Shown here: positions 40,244 through 51,907 of the stretch, piece after piece
How positions within the stretch are numbered: the first letter of the stretch is position 1
Layout: the number at the start of each line of letters is the position of its first letter
Source: an uncultured Spirochaetota bacterium
GTDB taxonomy: Bacteria; Spirochaetota; Spirochaetia; SZUA-6; Fen-1364
DNA length: 64,000 nt
Reading direction: 5' to 3'
Assembly: GCA_963781885.1 (NCBI GenBank)
Contig: CAWAHW010000001.1
Span: 416,001-480,000 of the forward strand
Notes under the pieces: model-generated
The model's input: the letters and a program-made list of their open reading frames with translations, nothing else
What the model was told of the DNA's origin: nothing
Database searches by the model: none
Made by a program: the position numbers and the translations under genes

Positions 40244-41963
40244 ATGACACTGAAGTCGTTATTGATCAAACTTGTGTTTTCGACTGCTCTCATCTCGGGC
40301 GCCGCGTTTGCAGATGGCAGGAGTATCGAGCTTAGCCAAATCGACAAGCTGCTGCCGAACCTTCCAAAGAACCCATCCAGCATAAGCGAGCTGGCCGACA
40401 GCGTGAAAAAGGCGTCAGACATGGATTTGGTTCGCGCTCGACTGATTTACAAATGGATCATCACCAATATCCAGTACGACTACGCAACGCTGGTTTCATA
40501 TGAGATCGGAGCCAAGGGAGTGCTGGAGAGCACAAGCTGGGACCAGTTGGCGGCGAGGATTCTTCGGGAGAAGAAGGGCGTCTGTGGTGACATGTCCTTC
40601 CTCTACTGGGTCGCCGCCAAGGACGCTGGCCTCGAATGTGAGAGCATTCTTGGCTGGTTCTCGATGCAGGATGGTGAGCTTCCCAACGATGCGTGGCAGA
40701 GAGGCGTACCGAATCATCGTTGGAATGCGGTCAAAATCGACGGCAGCTGGAGACTTCTTGACTGTGCTGCGCAGGAGTTCCTTGACCCTCCAGATCAAAT
40801 GATACGAACCCATTATCCACTTGTGCCTTACTGGCAGCTTATGGACTACAGACGGCCGGCAAAAACCCCGACTGCTCCCCCACTGGACTACCCTGGCGCC
40901 GCCTCATCAGGAGTTCGCTTCATCACTCCTGTCAACTGCCTTAACTTCACCAATAGGGGTCCCTTCGAGTTCGAGCTGGCAAACCCATCCGGCACGCCCC
41001 TCTCCGTCGCTGTCTCCAAAGGCTGGGAGACCGAAACGGTTCCCGCAAAAGCTGAAAACAAGGACGGCAAGACCTATGTCACTGTCGACTTCACTGGACA
41101 CGACGAGAAGGACTACTACACTGCGTCTGTTTTCACTGACAAGGAACCGCTGTACTGCTTCTTTATTGTTCTAGATAGTGCACTGGGAAAGGATCCCTGC
41201 TTCTGGGTCTCGGTTTCGCCGGGCTCGGTTGCCGAAGCCCAGGGGGCCATCGCGACCAGTACGTTGAAAATACAGAGCTTCAACAAATTCGAAATCCGCA
41301 ACGGCAATAAGCGTTTCAGGTTTGCCACGCGGAGTGACGGCGACGCTCTCGACCAACCCGGCGACGCCCGTCGCCGACGGGAATCTGACTTCAACCCTGG
41401 TCTTCACTTCTTCCGCTTTTGCAGCAAGAGGTACAACAAATGTGACCGTCACAGGAACATCAGGATCAATGGATCAAACCGTTACAGTTCCCCTGACAGT
41501 GACCTCGAACATCACGGCGCAGTTCGCACTCGGCACCGGTCTCATAAACGGCGATGTCGATTTCTATGGGGGTGTGCGCTATGGCCTTGGCGGATTCCTG
41601 GTCGGCGGGAAGGTACCGCTTTGTTATGGAGTTGCGGCAAGATTGTCATACTTTGGAGCTGTCGATTCCGGAAGCAAAGTCTACTACAATTATATCGGCA
41701 TTCATGCGCTGGGCACTCTCGACCTTGCGTGGAAAGACGTCCTTCCCAATTCTGCCTGGGCCGCGCCAATCGATTGCTACATTGGTTTCGGGGCTGGTAC
41801 CTACCTTTACGGCGATAGTTCGGGGTCTTTCCAGCCCACTCCAGATCTTATGGCGCTCGTCGGTGTCAGTTGGACCATCACACCCACCCTTACGCTCAAC
41901 GAGGAGGAAAGCTACTGCGGCTATGGCTTCAGTGGAGGAATCGGCTTGCTCATTGCGCTCTAG
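40244..41963 (+). CDS. transglutaminase-like protease fused to Ig and beta-barrel-like domains, frameshifted near 41292
   Basis: GVCGD, HRWNAV, LLD triad; SGLPRGVTA Ig motif; amphipathic beta-strand C-terminus. Confidence 0.7.
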
Positions 41964-42070
41964 TGTTCTTTGGCAAATGCAGATCGTGCTCGACCGTGCC
42001 GCCGGCAAACACACCGGAGACGTGGCATCGACGTGAAAGGTCAGCGCACGCACAATGCAGGAGCCTTGCA

Positions 42071-44017
42071 TCACGTGGTGTCTAGGACCTGACGCACTTT
42101 GCTCGCCAAAGTCGTGAACTGCAGAGGCTTTTGCAGGAACTGTATACCCTCGTCAAGTACACCATGATTGACCACGACGGCGCTTGTATAGCCGGACATA
42201 TAAAGCACCTTCAAAGCCCTCCTGCCGGAGCGCAGACGCTCGTAGACCTCGCGTCCGTTGGATTCCCGAAGCACAACGTCCGTGAGAAGCAGATCGATTG
42301 AACCATCATAGCCGCTTGCGAGGCTCATGCATTCCTCGGGACCTTCGGCAGCGAGCACGTTGTAGCCGAGCCGACGCAGCATCTCGCAAGCAGTATTGCG
42401 GACCAACTTGTTGTCCTCGAGCACCAAAATGGTCTCGCCAGTGCGCCCCTGCGCCGAAGCCGGCGCAGGAGCGGCCCCGCTATACGTCGGGGCGTCGGTT
42501 TCCGCGACAGGCAGATAGATTTTGAAAGTGCTGCCGTGGCCTGGTTCAGAGCATACGGTGATGCTCCCGCCATGCTGCGTGACGATGCCGTAGGCCATCG
42601 ACAAGCCCAATCCGGTGCCGCGACCTCGCGCCTTGGTCGTGAAAAATGGCTCAAATATATGGGCCTGTGTTTGTTCATCCATTCCGTTGCCTGTATCGCT
42701 GACGGCGAGCTGGACATAGGAACCAGGATGAACCTCGGGATGGTTGGCGGCGTATTCCGCGTCGATCTGCACCTCCTGGACTTCGATAGTCAGCGTACCA
42801 CCCGCGGGCATAGCGTCCTGGGCATTGACGGCAAGGTTAAGCAGTACCTGTTCGATCTGCCCTGCGTCGGCGAGCACGGAGCGAGAGTTTGATACTGGCA
42901 CCATCAGCATGCGGATATCCTCGCGAAGCGTACGCCGTAGTATGAGCTCGAAGCGCCGTACGACTTCTCCCAAGTTCGTCCGTCGTAGCTCCAGAACTTG
43001 TTTGCGGCCAAAAGCAAGCAAGTTCTGAGTCAGCTCCTTGAGTCGCTCGGCTGCGTGCTGCATATCGCGCAGAAGAGTGGTTCGGTCGTCGTCGTTTGAG
43101 TCGAGAAGGAGTAGATCAGACCCGCCCAAAATGGGTGTCAGCAGGTTATTGAAGTCATGCGCGATGCCACCCGCGAGCATCCCGATACTTTCCATTTTCT
43201 GGGATTGGCGGAGCTGCTCTTCCAAGCGCTTGCGCTCGGTGACGTCGCGAACGATCCCGACGATGCGCTTCTCGCCGCCCGGGTCCGAAAAGCAGGTCTT
43301 CTTTGTGACGATTGTCCGCGTGCCCGCCCCCGCGGTCGTGACCTCCTCCTCGTTGATGTTCTCCCTGCCCGTCTCAAGGACAAGCTCGTCGAATGCACGG
43401 AAAATGCGTGCTTCGCTTTCTTGGAAAAGTTCGAAGTCGGACCTGCCGAGCAACTCGCCACGCGTGCGTCCGAGAAAGTCGCACATCGCTCGGTTGGCGA
43501 GCACCCAACGGTATTGATTGTCCTTGACGAACAGTGGATCGGCAATTGAGTCAATGATTTCGTCTAGATAACGGTTTGCGTGGGCGAGCTCCGCCGTACG
43601 CTCGGCTACACGCAACTCGAGCTGTGATGTAAGCTGACCGAGTTCGATATTTGTTGTTTTGAATGCCTCCTCCAGAGATACCCGGTTGGAGACGTTACGG
43701 CAAACCTCCGCGAAGGCGACAAGGAGACCCGACTCATTGAAAATGGTGGAACAGGCATTTTCCCAGAATGAGGTCGCCCCATTCGTATCGAACGCGGTCC
43801 GCAGGACTGTTGCGGACTGGCCCGTGCGGAACGCGGTCTTTAGACCACATCCTTGGCAGATCGTGCCTCTCTTTTCGTACACCTCATAACACTTCTCGCC
43901 GATATGGTTGCCAAAAACGCGCTGCATCGCCCGGTTCTGGTAGATGATAGTGAAATCGCAATCCTGAACGGTGACGCTATCGGCGAGGTATTCCAAGACC
44001 TGTTCTTGCAGCGACAT
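42071..44017 (-). CDS. PAS hybrid histidine kinase
   Basis: [20 protein letters not shown], receiver domain. Confidence 0.95.
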   Translation of the reverse strand: MSLQEQVLEYLADSVTVQDCDFTIIYQNRAMQRVFGNHIGEKCYEVYEKRGTICQGCGLKTAFRTGQSATVLRTAFDTNGATSFWENACSTIFNESGLLVAFAEVCRNVSNRVSLEEAFKTTNIELGQLTSQLELRVAERTAELAHANRYLDEIIDSIADPLFVKDNQYRWVLANRAMCDFLGRTRGELLGRSDFELFQESEARIFRAFDELVLETGRENINEEEVTTAGAGTRTIVTKKTCFSDPGGEKRIVGIVRDVTERKRLEEQLRQSQKMESIGMLAGGIAHDFNNLLTPILGGSDLLLLDSNDDDRTTLLRDMQHAAERLKELTQNLLAFGRKQVLELRRTNLGEVVRRFELILRRTLREDIRMLMVPVSNSRSVLADAGQIEQVLLNLAVNAQDAMPAGGTLTIEVQEVQIDAEYAANHPEVHPGSYVQLAVSDTGNGMDEQTQAHIFEPFFTTKARGRGTGLGLSMAYGIVTQHGGSITVCSEPGHGSTFKIYLPVAETDAPTYSGAAPAPASAQGRTGETILVLEDNKLVRNTACEMLRRLGYNVLAAEGPEECMSLASGYDGSIDLLLTDVVLRESNGREVYERLRSGRRALKVLYMSGYTSAVVVNHGVLDEGIQFLQKPLQFTTLASKVRQVLDTT

Positions 44018-44350
44018 AATCCCATCTCCCTCGAGCGCCAGCCCATTGGACTCGCCGCGAGTCGATAGCAAACGGCATCCGCGGATACCTCGACGCAAGA
44101 CCTATCTTCTAAATAAGCAATATCTATGCCATATGTGGAGGTGGCGGTGAGCTTGGGCTATTTCTGAAAATTAGCTTGTGTATTGGCAACCAACTATAGT
44201 GAAATGATTGCGAAAGCAACAAATGTGGCTATCTCAGAATAAGAGTTGCTCACCTGATCATTCTCAACTGGAACGCTATTGGAACGGTGTGGAACATCCC
44301 GTTCAGCCAACCATGTCTCGCGAGTTTCCTTAGGTATCGCCGCACCTACC

Positions 44351-45787
44351 TTACAGCGCCACACTGATCTTGGTGCCCCCACGGCTGATCTCCAGCGTTG
44401 CGCTCCGGCCCCCGGTCGCATTTAGGGCCCTGTAGAAATCCAAAAGCGTCTCCACCTGAACTCCGTTGGCTTCCGTGATGACGTCTTGAACATGGAGCCC
44501 CGCGACGGCGGCGGGAGACTTCTCATTCGTCATCGAAGCGACAGCCACCCCGCGCGTATCCTCTGGGATCCCCCACTTGGCGCGGAGCTCCGCTGAGAGA
44601 TTCGCCACGACGAAGCCGGGCCAGAGGTCCTGCGGCTGTGCCAAGGGAACCTTGTCCCTGATGTCGCGCTCGCCAATCGTGAGAGGCAAGTTCTTCTCCT
44701 CTCCGAGTCGGACGACTGTTACGCTCGTGCCGGTACCGCTGGCGAGAGAGAGAACAGCTTGTGTCAGTTGGGCGGAGCTCTCAATCGGTGTCGACCCGAC
44801 AGCCGTCACATAGTCGCCCACCATCAAACCCGCCGCGTCCGCTGGAGAGCCTTTGTAAATTCCAAGAACAAACGATCCATTGGTGGCTGAAAGATCCATG
44901 TCCTTGGCAAGCTGTTGTGTTGGGTCAATGTGCTTGATGTCATGAATGAAAAGCCCTATCCAGCTACGTCGAAACGGCTGAAAGTCCCTCAAGACCGCAA
45001 CCGCCTTTTTCTCATAGTCTGCATAGCTAGTTCTGCGATCAAACAGATCCTTCAGCTGCTTCTCTGGCCCGGAAAGTTGAGGGTAGCCGGAGAGGGCGAA
45101 ATAATCCCCGGCGTGAACGACGTTCGGCCAGAAGTCCCTCAACCGTGGATCGTCAAGAATGAGAACGGGGGTGATCTCAGAGAACGCCCAGACCTGCCAG
45201 TCACCGATTTCAGAACTGCGATATCGCTTTCGCACAAGTTGAAAGACATTGGAAAGCAAGATCTCGTGTGCAAGCACCCTTCGCTTGAGCTCTGGACTGC
45301 CGTCGAACTTGACCCCAACCTTGTTCCCTGACCAGCTGCTGACACCCGGATGAATTGAGGAGACAACGCACGTGTACGCGGAATGAACCCACGGCGATTC
45401 TGTAGACTCCATAACCACTTGTGAATACAACGGAAGCAGGTCCTTCCACTGGGCTTCAAAGTCCGCCATGGACGCCTCAATGGCTGCACCGTTACTCTTG
45501 AAACGCTCATCAACGAGCCTGTCGGCCAAAACCCGGGCCTCAAATGGATTGACGTCGCGGATCATGCGAGCCAGTTCAACGTCGACACCCATGCTCATGG
45601 CACGAGATTCAAGCCCAGCGGGGTCGTCGTTACGGAAGAGATTCAGAACATTCTCCGCATCGGCACGTTTGTCGATGCGGAAAGAAAGTCTCAGGCCGGG
45701 AACTTCAACAGCTCGTGTCGGGGTTGTCGCGCAGCCCAGTAAAGCCAACAAGAGGCCAACGCAACACACGACTCTGTTGACCTTCAT
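44351..45787 (-). CDS. lipoprotein with two HtrA-type PDZ domains
   Basis: LLGC lipobox; RRSWIGL...GSPADAAGL.GD and SPAAVAGL..DVI PDZ motifs. Confidence 0.8.
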   Translation of the reverse strand: MKVNRVVCCVGLLLALLGCATTPTRAVEVPGLRLSFRIDKRADAENVLNLFRNDDPAGLESRAMSMGVDVELARMIRDVNPFEARVLADRLVDERFKSNGAAIEASMADFEAQWKDLLPLYSQVVMESTESPWVHSAYTCVVSSIHPGVSSWSGNKVGVKFDGSPELKRRVLAHEILLSNVFQLVRKRYRSSEIGDWQVWAFSEITPVLILDDPRLRDFWPNVVHAGDYFALSGYPQLSGPEKQLKDLFDRRTSYADYEKKAVAVLRDFQPFRRSWIGLFIHDIKHIDPTQQLAKDMDLSATNGSFVLGIYKGSPADAAGLMVGDYVTAVGSTPIESSAQLTQAVLSLASGTGTSVTVVRLGEEKNLPLTIGERDIRDKVPLAQPQDLWPGFVVANLSAELRAKWGIPEDTRGVAVASMTNEKSPAAVAGLHVQDVITEANGVQVETLLDFYRALNATGGRSATLEISRGGTKISVAL

Positions 45788-45959
45788 GCCTTGCCTGCCT
45801 TTCTGACATATTCCGAATATAACTCGATACTCATCGCGGCGTCCCTGCAATCGCGAATCGTTCGCCGTTTCGCGTTCTTATGGCGAATCGACCACGCCAT
45901 GTCCACCTTGCGTTCTCCCCGAGTGCGCGCAGCGATTCCGCCCAGTCGCCACGCGGTCT

Positions 45960-46514
45960 TCACCGCCTGAGGAGACGAAGCGCGTATACAAGGCAGCCAA
46001 GATCGAGGAGTACGAGCAAAAGCATCAGCGCGAACGGAATCCGCAGGGAGAGGGCAAGCCCGCCACCGGCCGCAAGCAGTCCCAGCGCAAACGCCTTTGC
46101 AAGAGAGACGACGTGCCTTTTCATCTCCTGCTCTTCGACCCGATCGTAACGACCCGGCCGCCTGTCGGTATGCGGCGATTCTCCAGGGCCCGCCGCTCCG
46201 TCCCCGTCGCGCAGGAAACGTTCGTGCTCCGCCAGGTCCCAGGCGGCCAGCGCCAGCGCACCCCCGGGAACCACGAGCAGCGCGGGCGCTCCTGCGACAG
46301 CCGCCGCTGCCGCGGCGCACACCATCGCCGCCAGGAAGACGTGCGCCGCCCACCCGCCGCGAGCCTTTGCCGGGAGCAACAGAAGCGCGCCCGGCAGCGC
46401 CGCGAGGCAGGCCGCGGGACCAAGGCCGATTTCCACGTACGCCGCCGCAAGGCACGCCACCGAAGCCGCAAGAGTGCCGAGAAGCGGGAGGCGGCGCGCG
46501 AACCCCGCCGTCAT
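45960..46514 (-). CDS. membrane protein (MoxR operon)
   Basis: Hydrophobic with AAWDL motif; overlaps the DUF58 stop. Confidence 0.75.
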   Translation of the reverse strand: MTAGFARRLPLLGTLAASVACLAAAYVEIGLGPAACLAALPGALLLLPAKARGGWAAHVFLAAMVCAAAAAAVAGAPALLVVPGGALALAAWDLAEHERFLRDGDGAAGPGESPHTDRRPGRYDRVEEQEMKRHVVSLAKAFALGLLAAGGGLALSLRIPFALMLLLVLLDLGCLVYALRLLRR

Positions 46515-47794
46515 CGTCCGACTCCTCCCGCACATCCACGGGACCGCTGCAAGGCGCGGCGGACCAGCGGCGCCAGAGACGCTCCGACCTTCCAGTCGAT
46601 GACGCGAATCCCCAGCTCCGCCACCCGTTGCAGGTCAAGTCGTCTCTCCACGCGGGCCAGTCGGCTGGCGAGCCGGCTCACCGCGTCCCGGGCATCATGT
46701 TTCATGAAGTCGACAGGGTCCGGAGAGACGAGAAGCCCTTCGTTGCCCCTCGCGCGCAACCGGGGGAAGAGCTCACGCTCCTTGCCGGTCAGTGGGCTTA
46801 TGACGACGATCAAGGCACGGGTGGAAAACACACGCAGCGGTACCCTGTCGAGGGTGCAGCGGGATGACTCGGCATCCGCGTGGACCCCGGCAAGAGCACG
46901 GAGGATTCTATAGAGCTGCACCTTCCCGTAGCCCGGGGGCACGATGCCAATGGTTGCCTGCAGAAGGGCCAGGCCCACGCGATTTCCTCCCCGCAGGAAC
47001 ATCTCGGCGAGGGACGCCGCCGCGTCGACGGAAATCCGCGCCAAATCACGCGTGCCGGATCTGAGGTTGATCTCCGATCGCGCATCGAGGACGAGCCCGA
47101 CATCCGCAATCTCCTCCTGCTCGTTCTCACAGGTGAAGAGCTGCCCGGGATGTCGGGCGGCGCGCCCCCAATCCAGTCGGCGCATCTCGTCCCCGGGCCG
47201 ATACTCGCGAATACCCCAGAAGTCCGTTCCGCTTCCGGCCCGGCCCCCGAGTATCGACCCGGGAGAGTGCAGCGTCCGCTCCGGGCTCAAAGCGAAGGGC
47301 CGGAACCTTCTGACGCGCGGGAGAATGACGATCCCCCCCTCCGCCGGAAGGTCCACCGCTTTTTTGAACAGGCGAAATTGATCCGCGGCGACAACGTGCA
47401 CAGCGTCCCAGTGAATCACGCCCGTCAGCGCGTGAAAGACGTACTCCAGATTCATGGTTTGACCCGGGCGGAGGCTTCCGCATTTTGACGCGCTTCCGGT
47501 TCTGAGGCCTACACCGCCCGGAAGGGCGTCCGAAAGCCGCAGCGCGCCGACGGAAGCTCCCTCGTTCCTCACCCGCACGGTGACGTGCACGAGGGCGGTC
47601 GCCGCTGTCCGAACCGAATCCACCGAGCGTTCTGCGCTCAACTGCAGGCGGGAGGGCGGCGCCTCCCGCAGTCCCACCGCGACGTACGCGATGAATGGGA
47701 GAGACAGCAAGGCCAGCGTACCGCTGCGGGTGACGAGCGCGCCGAGCAGGAGCCCGATCCCGATCATGCAGATGAAGAGGCCCCGGCGGCTCAT
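46511..47794 (-). CDS. DUF58 domain protein
   Basis: GSGTDFWGIREYRPGDEMRRLDW motif. Confidence 0.9.
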   Translation of the reverse strand: MSRRGLFICMIGIGLLLGALVTRSGTLALLSLPFIAYVAVGLREAPPSRLQLSAERSVDSVRTAATALVHVTVRVRNEGASVGALRLSDALPGGVGLRTGSASKCGSLRPGQTMNLEYVFHALTGVIHWDAVHVVAADQFRLFKKAVDLPAEGGIVILPRVRRFRPFALSPERTLHSPGSILGGRAGSGTDFWGIREYRPGDEMRRLDWGRAARHPGQLFTCENEQEEIADVGLVLDARSEINLRSGTRDLARISVDAAASLAEMFLRGGNRVGLALLQATIGIVPPGYGKVQLYRILRALAGVHADAESSRCTLDRVPLRVFSTRALIVVISPLTGKERELFPRLRARGNEGLLVSPDPVDFMKHDARDAVSRLASRLARVERRLDLQRVAELGIRVIDWKVGASLAPLVRRALQRSRGCAGGVGR

Positions 47795-48819
47795 GTCTCA
47801 CGGGCCCGGCCTGCGGCCGCCCGGGCCGGGACTACCGGGACGGGGACCTGGCGCAGGACTTCGTCGATCACTCCCCGATCCGACATTTTCACGTCCCACA
47901 GCGATGGGTCCAGGATGACGCGGTGAGCGAGGACAGGCTGGACGAACGGCTTGACATCATCCGGAATGACGTAGTCCCGCCCCTGCATGGCAGCCCACGC
48001 GCGTGCGAGCTTGAGCATCGCGAGTGACGCCCGCGGGCTGGCACCGACGACAACGTGGCGGTGCTGGCGGGTCTTGCCTACCACATCCACGATATAGCGG
48101 CCGACGTCAGGATCCACCCAGACCCGTTCCGCCGCCTCGCGCATGGCCAGGAGATCCTCCGGGCGAATCACTGCGTGCAAGTCCACCCGGTCCGTCATTC
48201 GCTCGGCCCGGCGGCGGAGGATCTGCGCTTCCTCTTCAGCGGTCGGGTACCCGACGGAAAGGCGGACGATGAAACGGTCGAGTTGGGCCTCCGGAAGAGG
48301 GAAGGTGCCTTCCGCCTCGATGGGGTTCTGCGTCGCGACGACGATGAACGGCGACGGCAGCCTTTCGGTCTCTCCTTCCAGCGTCACCTGCTGCTCCTGC
48401 ATGGCCTCCAGGAGGGCGGACTGCGTCTTGGGCGAGGCCCTGTTGATCTCGTCGGCGAGCAGCATCTGCGCGAAGATCGGTCCCCTGCGCAGGAGGAAAC
48501 TGTTCTCACTGCTGGAGAACACGTATCCGCCGGTGATGTCCCCGGGAAGCAGGTCGGGTGTGAACTGGATGCGCTTGAAGCTCATCCCCAGCGCCTCGGC
48601 GAACGAGTTGGCGATCAAGGTCTTGGCGAGGCCGGGATAGTCCTCTAGCAGGATGTGGCCTCCGGAGGAGAGCATCGCCGCCATCATCATCTCGAGAACG
48701 GGCCGCTTGCCGATGATGGCCTTTTCCACTTCCTGGATGACCGCGGCGCAGGTATCCGCGACTTGTTGTGCAGAGAGGGGCTTCTGTCGATCAGTGTCGG
48801 GCATCGGAATCGAGCTCAT
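47791..48819 (-). CDS. moxR: MoxR-family AAA+ ATPase
   Basis: PGLAKT, RIQFTPDLLPGD, DEINRASPKTQSALLE, ATQNPIE motifs. Confidence 0.95.
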   Translation of the reverse strand: MSSIPMPDTDRQKPLSAQQVADTCAAVIQEVEKAIIGKRPVLEMMMAAMLSSGGHILLEDYPGLAKTLIANSFAEALGMSFKRIQFTPDLLPGDITGGYVFSSSENSFLLRRGPIFAQMLLADEINRASPKTQSALLEAMQEQQVTLEGETERLPSPFIVVATQNPIEAEGTFPLPEAQLDRFIVRLSVGYPTAEEEAQILRRRAERMTDRVDLHAVIRPEDLLAMREAAERVWVDPDVGRYIVDVVGKTRQHRHVVVGASPRASLAMLKLARAWAAMQGRDYVIPDDVKPFVQPVLAHRVILDPSLWDVKMSDRGVIDEVLRQVPVPVVPARAAAGRARET

Positions 48820-49480
48820 CTGTCATCTCCAATCGTGTCTCCAGGAATGCCAGGACTTCGTCGACGGACCGTTCGTAGGCCGTCTCCCGGCGGCGTCTGG
48901 ACAAGGGGGCCCGCGCCGTCGCCGTGAGCGACCCCAGGGCGGCCTGCACGCGCCTGCGGGGATTCTCAAAGAAAGAAGGGGCGTGCCCTCGTGGAAGGGT
49001 CGACGCAAACAGAAAATCGTAGATGCCCGGCGGAATCGCGATCTGCCGCTCCTGCAGCGCATCACGCACCTGGTACGGCGCACCTCCGGGATGGGACGTG
49101 GTATAGAGGGACGACAACAGCCACCCCAGGTCGCGCCGAAGGGAGTCCTGAGACGGCTCAGAATCGATGTTCAGCAGGATCACGTTCCTCCAGTCGCGCG
49201 CCGGGTCCCACGCCGCTGCAGAAAAGAAGAAGCCCGCGACGCCGGACGTGGTCGTGCCGTGAGCCAGGAAGAGGACCAGGCCGATGACGGCTGCCGCAAT
49301 GACACCCCACCAATAGACCTCCTGGCCGATGCTCAGGACGAAGATGCGAAGAACGAGCCACAAGGACGTTGCTGCAGGCAGGATGATCTCTTGTAGAAAG
49401 AATTGCGGGAAGAGGAGAACCAGCAGGAGCACGACGCCGGGAAATGCAGCCGCGAGAACGAGACGAACCGGTTTATTCAT
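48791..49480 (-). CDS. membrane protein (MoxR operon)
   Basis: N-terminal TM helices; coupled to flanking genes. Confidence 0.75.
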   Translation of the reverse strand: MNKPVRLVLAAAFPGVVLLLVLLFPQFFLQEIILPAATSLWLVLRIFVLSIGQEVYWWGVIAAAVIGLVLFLAHGTTTSGVAGFFFSAAAWDPARDWRNVILLNIDSEPSQDSLRRDLGWLLSSLYTTSHPGGAPYQVRDALQERQIAIPPGIYDFLFASTLPRGHAPSFFENPRRRVQAALGSLTATARAPLSRRRRETAYERSVDEVLAFLETRLEMTDELDSDARH

Positions 49481-50358
49481 GCGGTCTCCCCCGCCGGCGC
49501 GGCTCGACGGCTGTGCTCGAGAATGGCATCCAGGCATGCAATGGCGGTCCTTTCGTCGCCTGAAACCGGCTCCTGGAGACTGTAGCGTGCCGCTTCGAAG
49601 AGGCGCGTGAGCTGGTGCACGGGATCTCGTGGAATGCCCTTGTCCGTCAGGAGCGACTCGAACTCACCGGCGGTCATGAACGTCTCACGCTCGATCCCCC
49701 GCTCTTCCTGAAGGGCCGCGGACATGAAGGTGTAGCACCGAATTATCACGTCGCGGAGGTCGCCACCGTTCAGGAGAGCCTGTCTGGCCCGGGCCACTTC
49801 CTGCACCCACGGACGCGTCTCCGGGCGACGTCGGGCCAGGAGCACGCGGAGGGACAGCGCCACCAGGAGTGCGCCCAGCACGATCCCTGCCACCCAAAAA
49901 AGGAACGCCGGCACAGGCCCAAGGGGCGCGGTCGCCAGTGGTCGAGGCTGAGGCAGCGGCCCCTCCCTCGCACTGCCTCCCGACCGCGGGAGCAGGCTTG
50001 CCACCACGAGCACGACGCACGCGACGAGCCCGATCTTCCATAATAATGACCATGAATCCGCAAGCAGTTTCTTCCAGGGAACACCGCGCATGGCGCGGAT
50101 CAGGAACGCGAGCAGGCACACGCCGAGCACGATCAGCCCCAGGATTGCGCCAAAGGACCCCATTCCCATTCCCACCGGGGCCTCGTCCCGCGCCGGCGCA
50201 AAGATCTGGCCGTTTTCGAAGGAGGGGAGAGGCATGCCCGGCTGGAACACCAGGTGCGGCAGCCCCGCCGCGATGACCGCAGTCAGGCAGAGGGAAAGGA
50301 GGAGGAGAAACAGGCAGCGCTTGTCTGATCCTGAAGTTGCACGTCTCTTTTGCGACAT
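49477..50358 (-). CDS. DUF4129-like membrane protein
   Basis: IIRCY..M...TAGEF...LTRLFEAARYS motif. Confidence 0.8.
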   Translation of the reverse strand: MSQKRRATSGSDKRCLFLLLLSLCLTAVIAAGLPHLVFQPGMPLPSFENGQIFAPARDEAPVGMGMGSFGAILGLIVLGVCLLAFLIRAMRGVPWKKLLADSWSLLWKIGLVACVVLVVASLLPRSGGSAREGPLPQPRPLATAPLGPVPAFLFWVAGIVLGALLVALSLRVLLARRRPETRPWVQEVARARQALLNGGDLRDVIIRCYTFMSAALQEERGIERETFMTAGEFESLLTDKGIPRDPVHQLTRLFEAARYSLQEPVSGDERTAIACLDAILEHSRRAAPAGETA

Positions 50359-50566
50359 CTTCCGTTTCGCGTGCCTCGAGTGGCGATTCCCCGCCAATGG
50401 GTTCGCCCACGTAAAATTTCAACGTCCTTCGAAGGATTCCCGATTTTCAACGAACACTCCATTATCCTCCGGAACGGAGATCTGGCAACCTCCCGATGCG
50501 CACCCGGTCAAGGAAGAAGCTGCGTCTCTGCGCCGGTAATGAGACGATTGCCAGGAACCTGCGCGC

Positions 50567-51211
50567 TTACTGCGAGGCTTCCTGGAGTTGTCGATAGCCG
50601 GCGCTCCCTCTCGCCTGCGCATTGTTCTGCGCGTAATCAAAGGCCGTCTTTCCCGCACCATCTCTGGCTCTCGCATCAGCGCCCGCATTCAAGAGAGCCA
50701 AAATCACCTGGGGGTTTGGGTTGGACTTGGCAGCGTACATGAGCGGGGTGAGACCGAGATTCTCGTCCTGAGCGTTGACGTCGGCGCCAGCGGCAAGAAG
50801 GGCACCGATCGCCGCAGCATTCGTATTGTTCGCGGCTGCATACATCAAGGCAGTCGCACCATACAGGTTCCTTTCCTCGATATTTGCACCTGACTTGATG
50901 AGCGTCATGATCACTTCTGGATTCTGGTTTCGAGAAGCGGCCAGCATGAGCGGCGTCTCACCGGATATGTTCTGCGCATTGATGTGGGCACCGGCTTTGA
51001 GGAGCATCGTGATCACCTCCATGTTTTCGGTGAACCCGGCGGCTTCCATAAGGGGAGTGAGGTCGTCCTTGTCCCAGGCATTCACGTCCGCACCGTGACC
51101 AATGGCAGCTTGTACGCTTTTTGCGCTTCCGTTCTTTACAAGCTCTGAGAAATCCTCCATCTGTGCATATGCCGATGCCGCCAGAAGGAATGAAAGAAAC
51201 AGAACGATCAT
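50567..51211 (-). CDS. secreted ankyrin-repeat protein
   Basis: Signal peptide MIVLFLSFLLAASAYA and TPLMxAA repeats. Start placed well downstream of the ORF-track start. Confidence 0.88.
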   Translation of the reverse strand: MIVLFLSFLLAASAYAQMEDFSELVKNGSAKSVQAAIGHGADVNAWDKDDLTPLMEAAGFTENMEVITMLLKAGAHINAQNISGETPLMLAASRNQNPEVIMTLIKSGANIEERNLYGATALMYAAANNTNAAAIGALLAAGADVNAQDENLGLTPLMYAAKSNPNPQVILALLNAGADARARDGAGKTAFDYAQNNAQARGSAGYRQLQEASQ

Positions 51212-51700
51212 TCGCTTCGTTACTTTTCCTCCAATGCGCCCATAGAGCGTCCTCTCATTCCAGAAAGACAAAGGGATGGGCCATCGTCGACTCTCGACTC
51301 TTTCGAAAAGTCCGGCGCGATTCGCCAAAGGCGCCACCGCGCCATTCCACGCCGTCCCGGGTGGGCCCGCAAGACGCATTTTTCCCCCTTTGCCATGTCT
51401 TTCTCCGTGCGGCGTCGGGTCTTTTGGAAAAGGTCCGTGGCCCTCGAATATCTGAGGCGTTTTCTTTTCTGTAAGACGGCCGTGAGCTCGTTGGACGATA
51501 CACCCCGTACCAGGGTCGGTCAACGACGGAAGAGGGGCGAAAGGCACGGCGTGTTCGCCATCCCGACCGTATCTCCTGCGGGAGCCGTTGCGCAGAATGG
51601 GTGTGGTATAATCCAATACGGCGAGCAGTCGGATCGTTCTTTGCAGACCCGCCACGCGTATCGTCTGATCGTCGGCCGTTCTTCTTGAGGGAGGTGAGTC

Positions 51701-51907
51701 ATGGAAGGCTTTGCCTTTTTTTCAAGTCTGGCTGATTTTCCTTCGGCCCTTCAGCTTGGTATGCAAGAATTCAACAAAAAGAACCCCGATGCGATTGTGA
51801 AGTTCATTTCACAAAGCCAGAGCGGAACGCATCCTGATGAAACCGCGGTGTGCCTGACCATTTTCTACGAACGATCCGATCAACAGACAGGGAATCGTCC
51901 GCTGTAA
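51701..51907 (+). CDS. small hypothetical protein
   Basis: GGGAGG RBS; 68 aa with globular composition. Confidence 0.6.
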   Translation: MEGFAFFSSLADFPSALQLGMQEFNKKNPDAIVKFISQSQSGTHPDETAVCLTIFYERSDQQTGNRPL

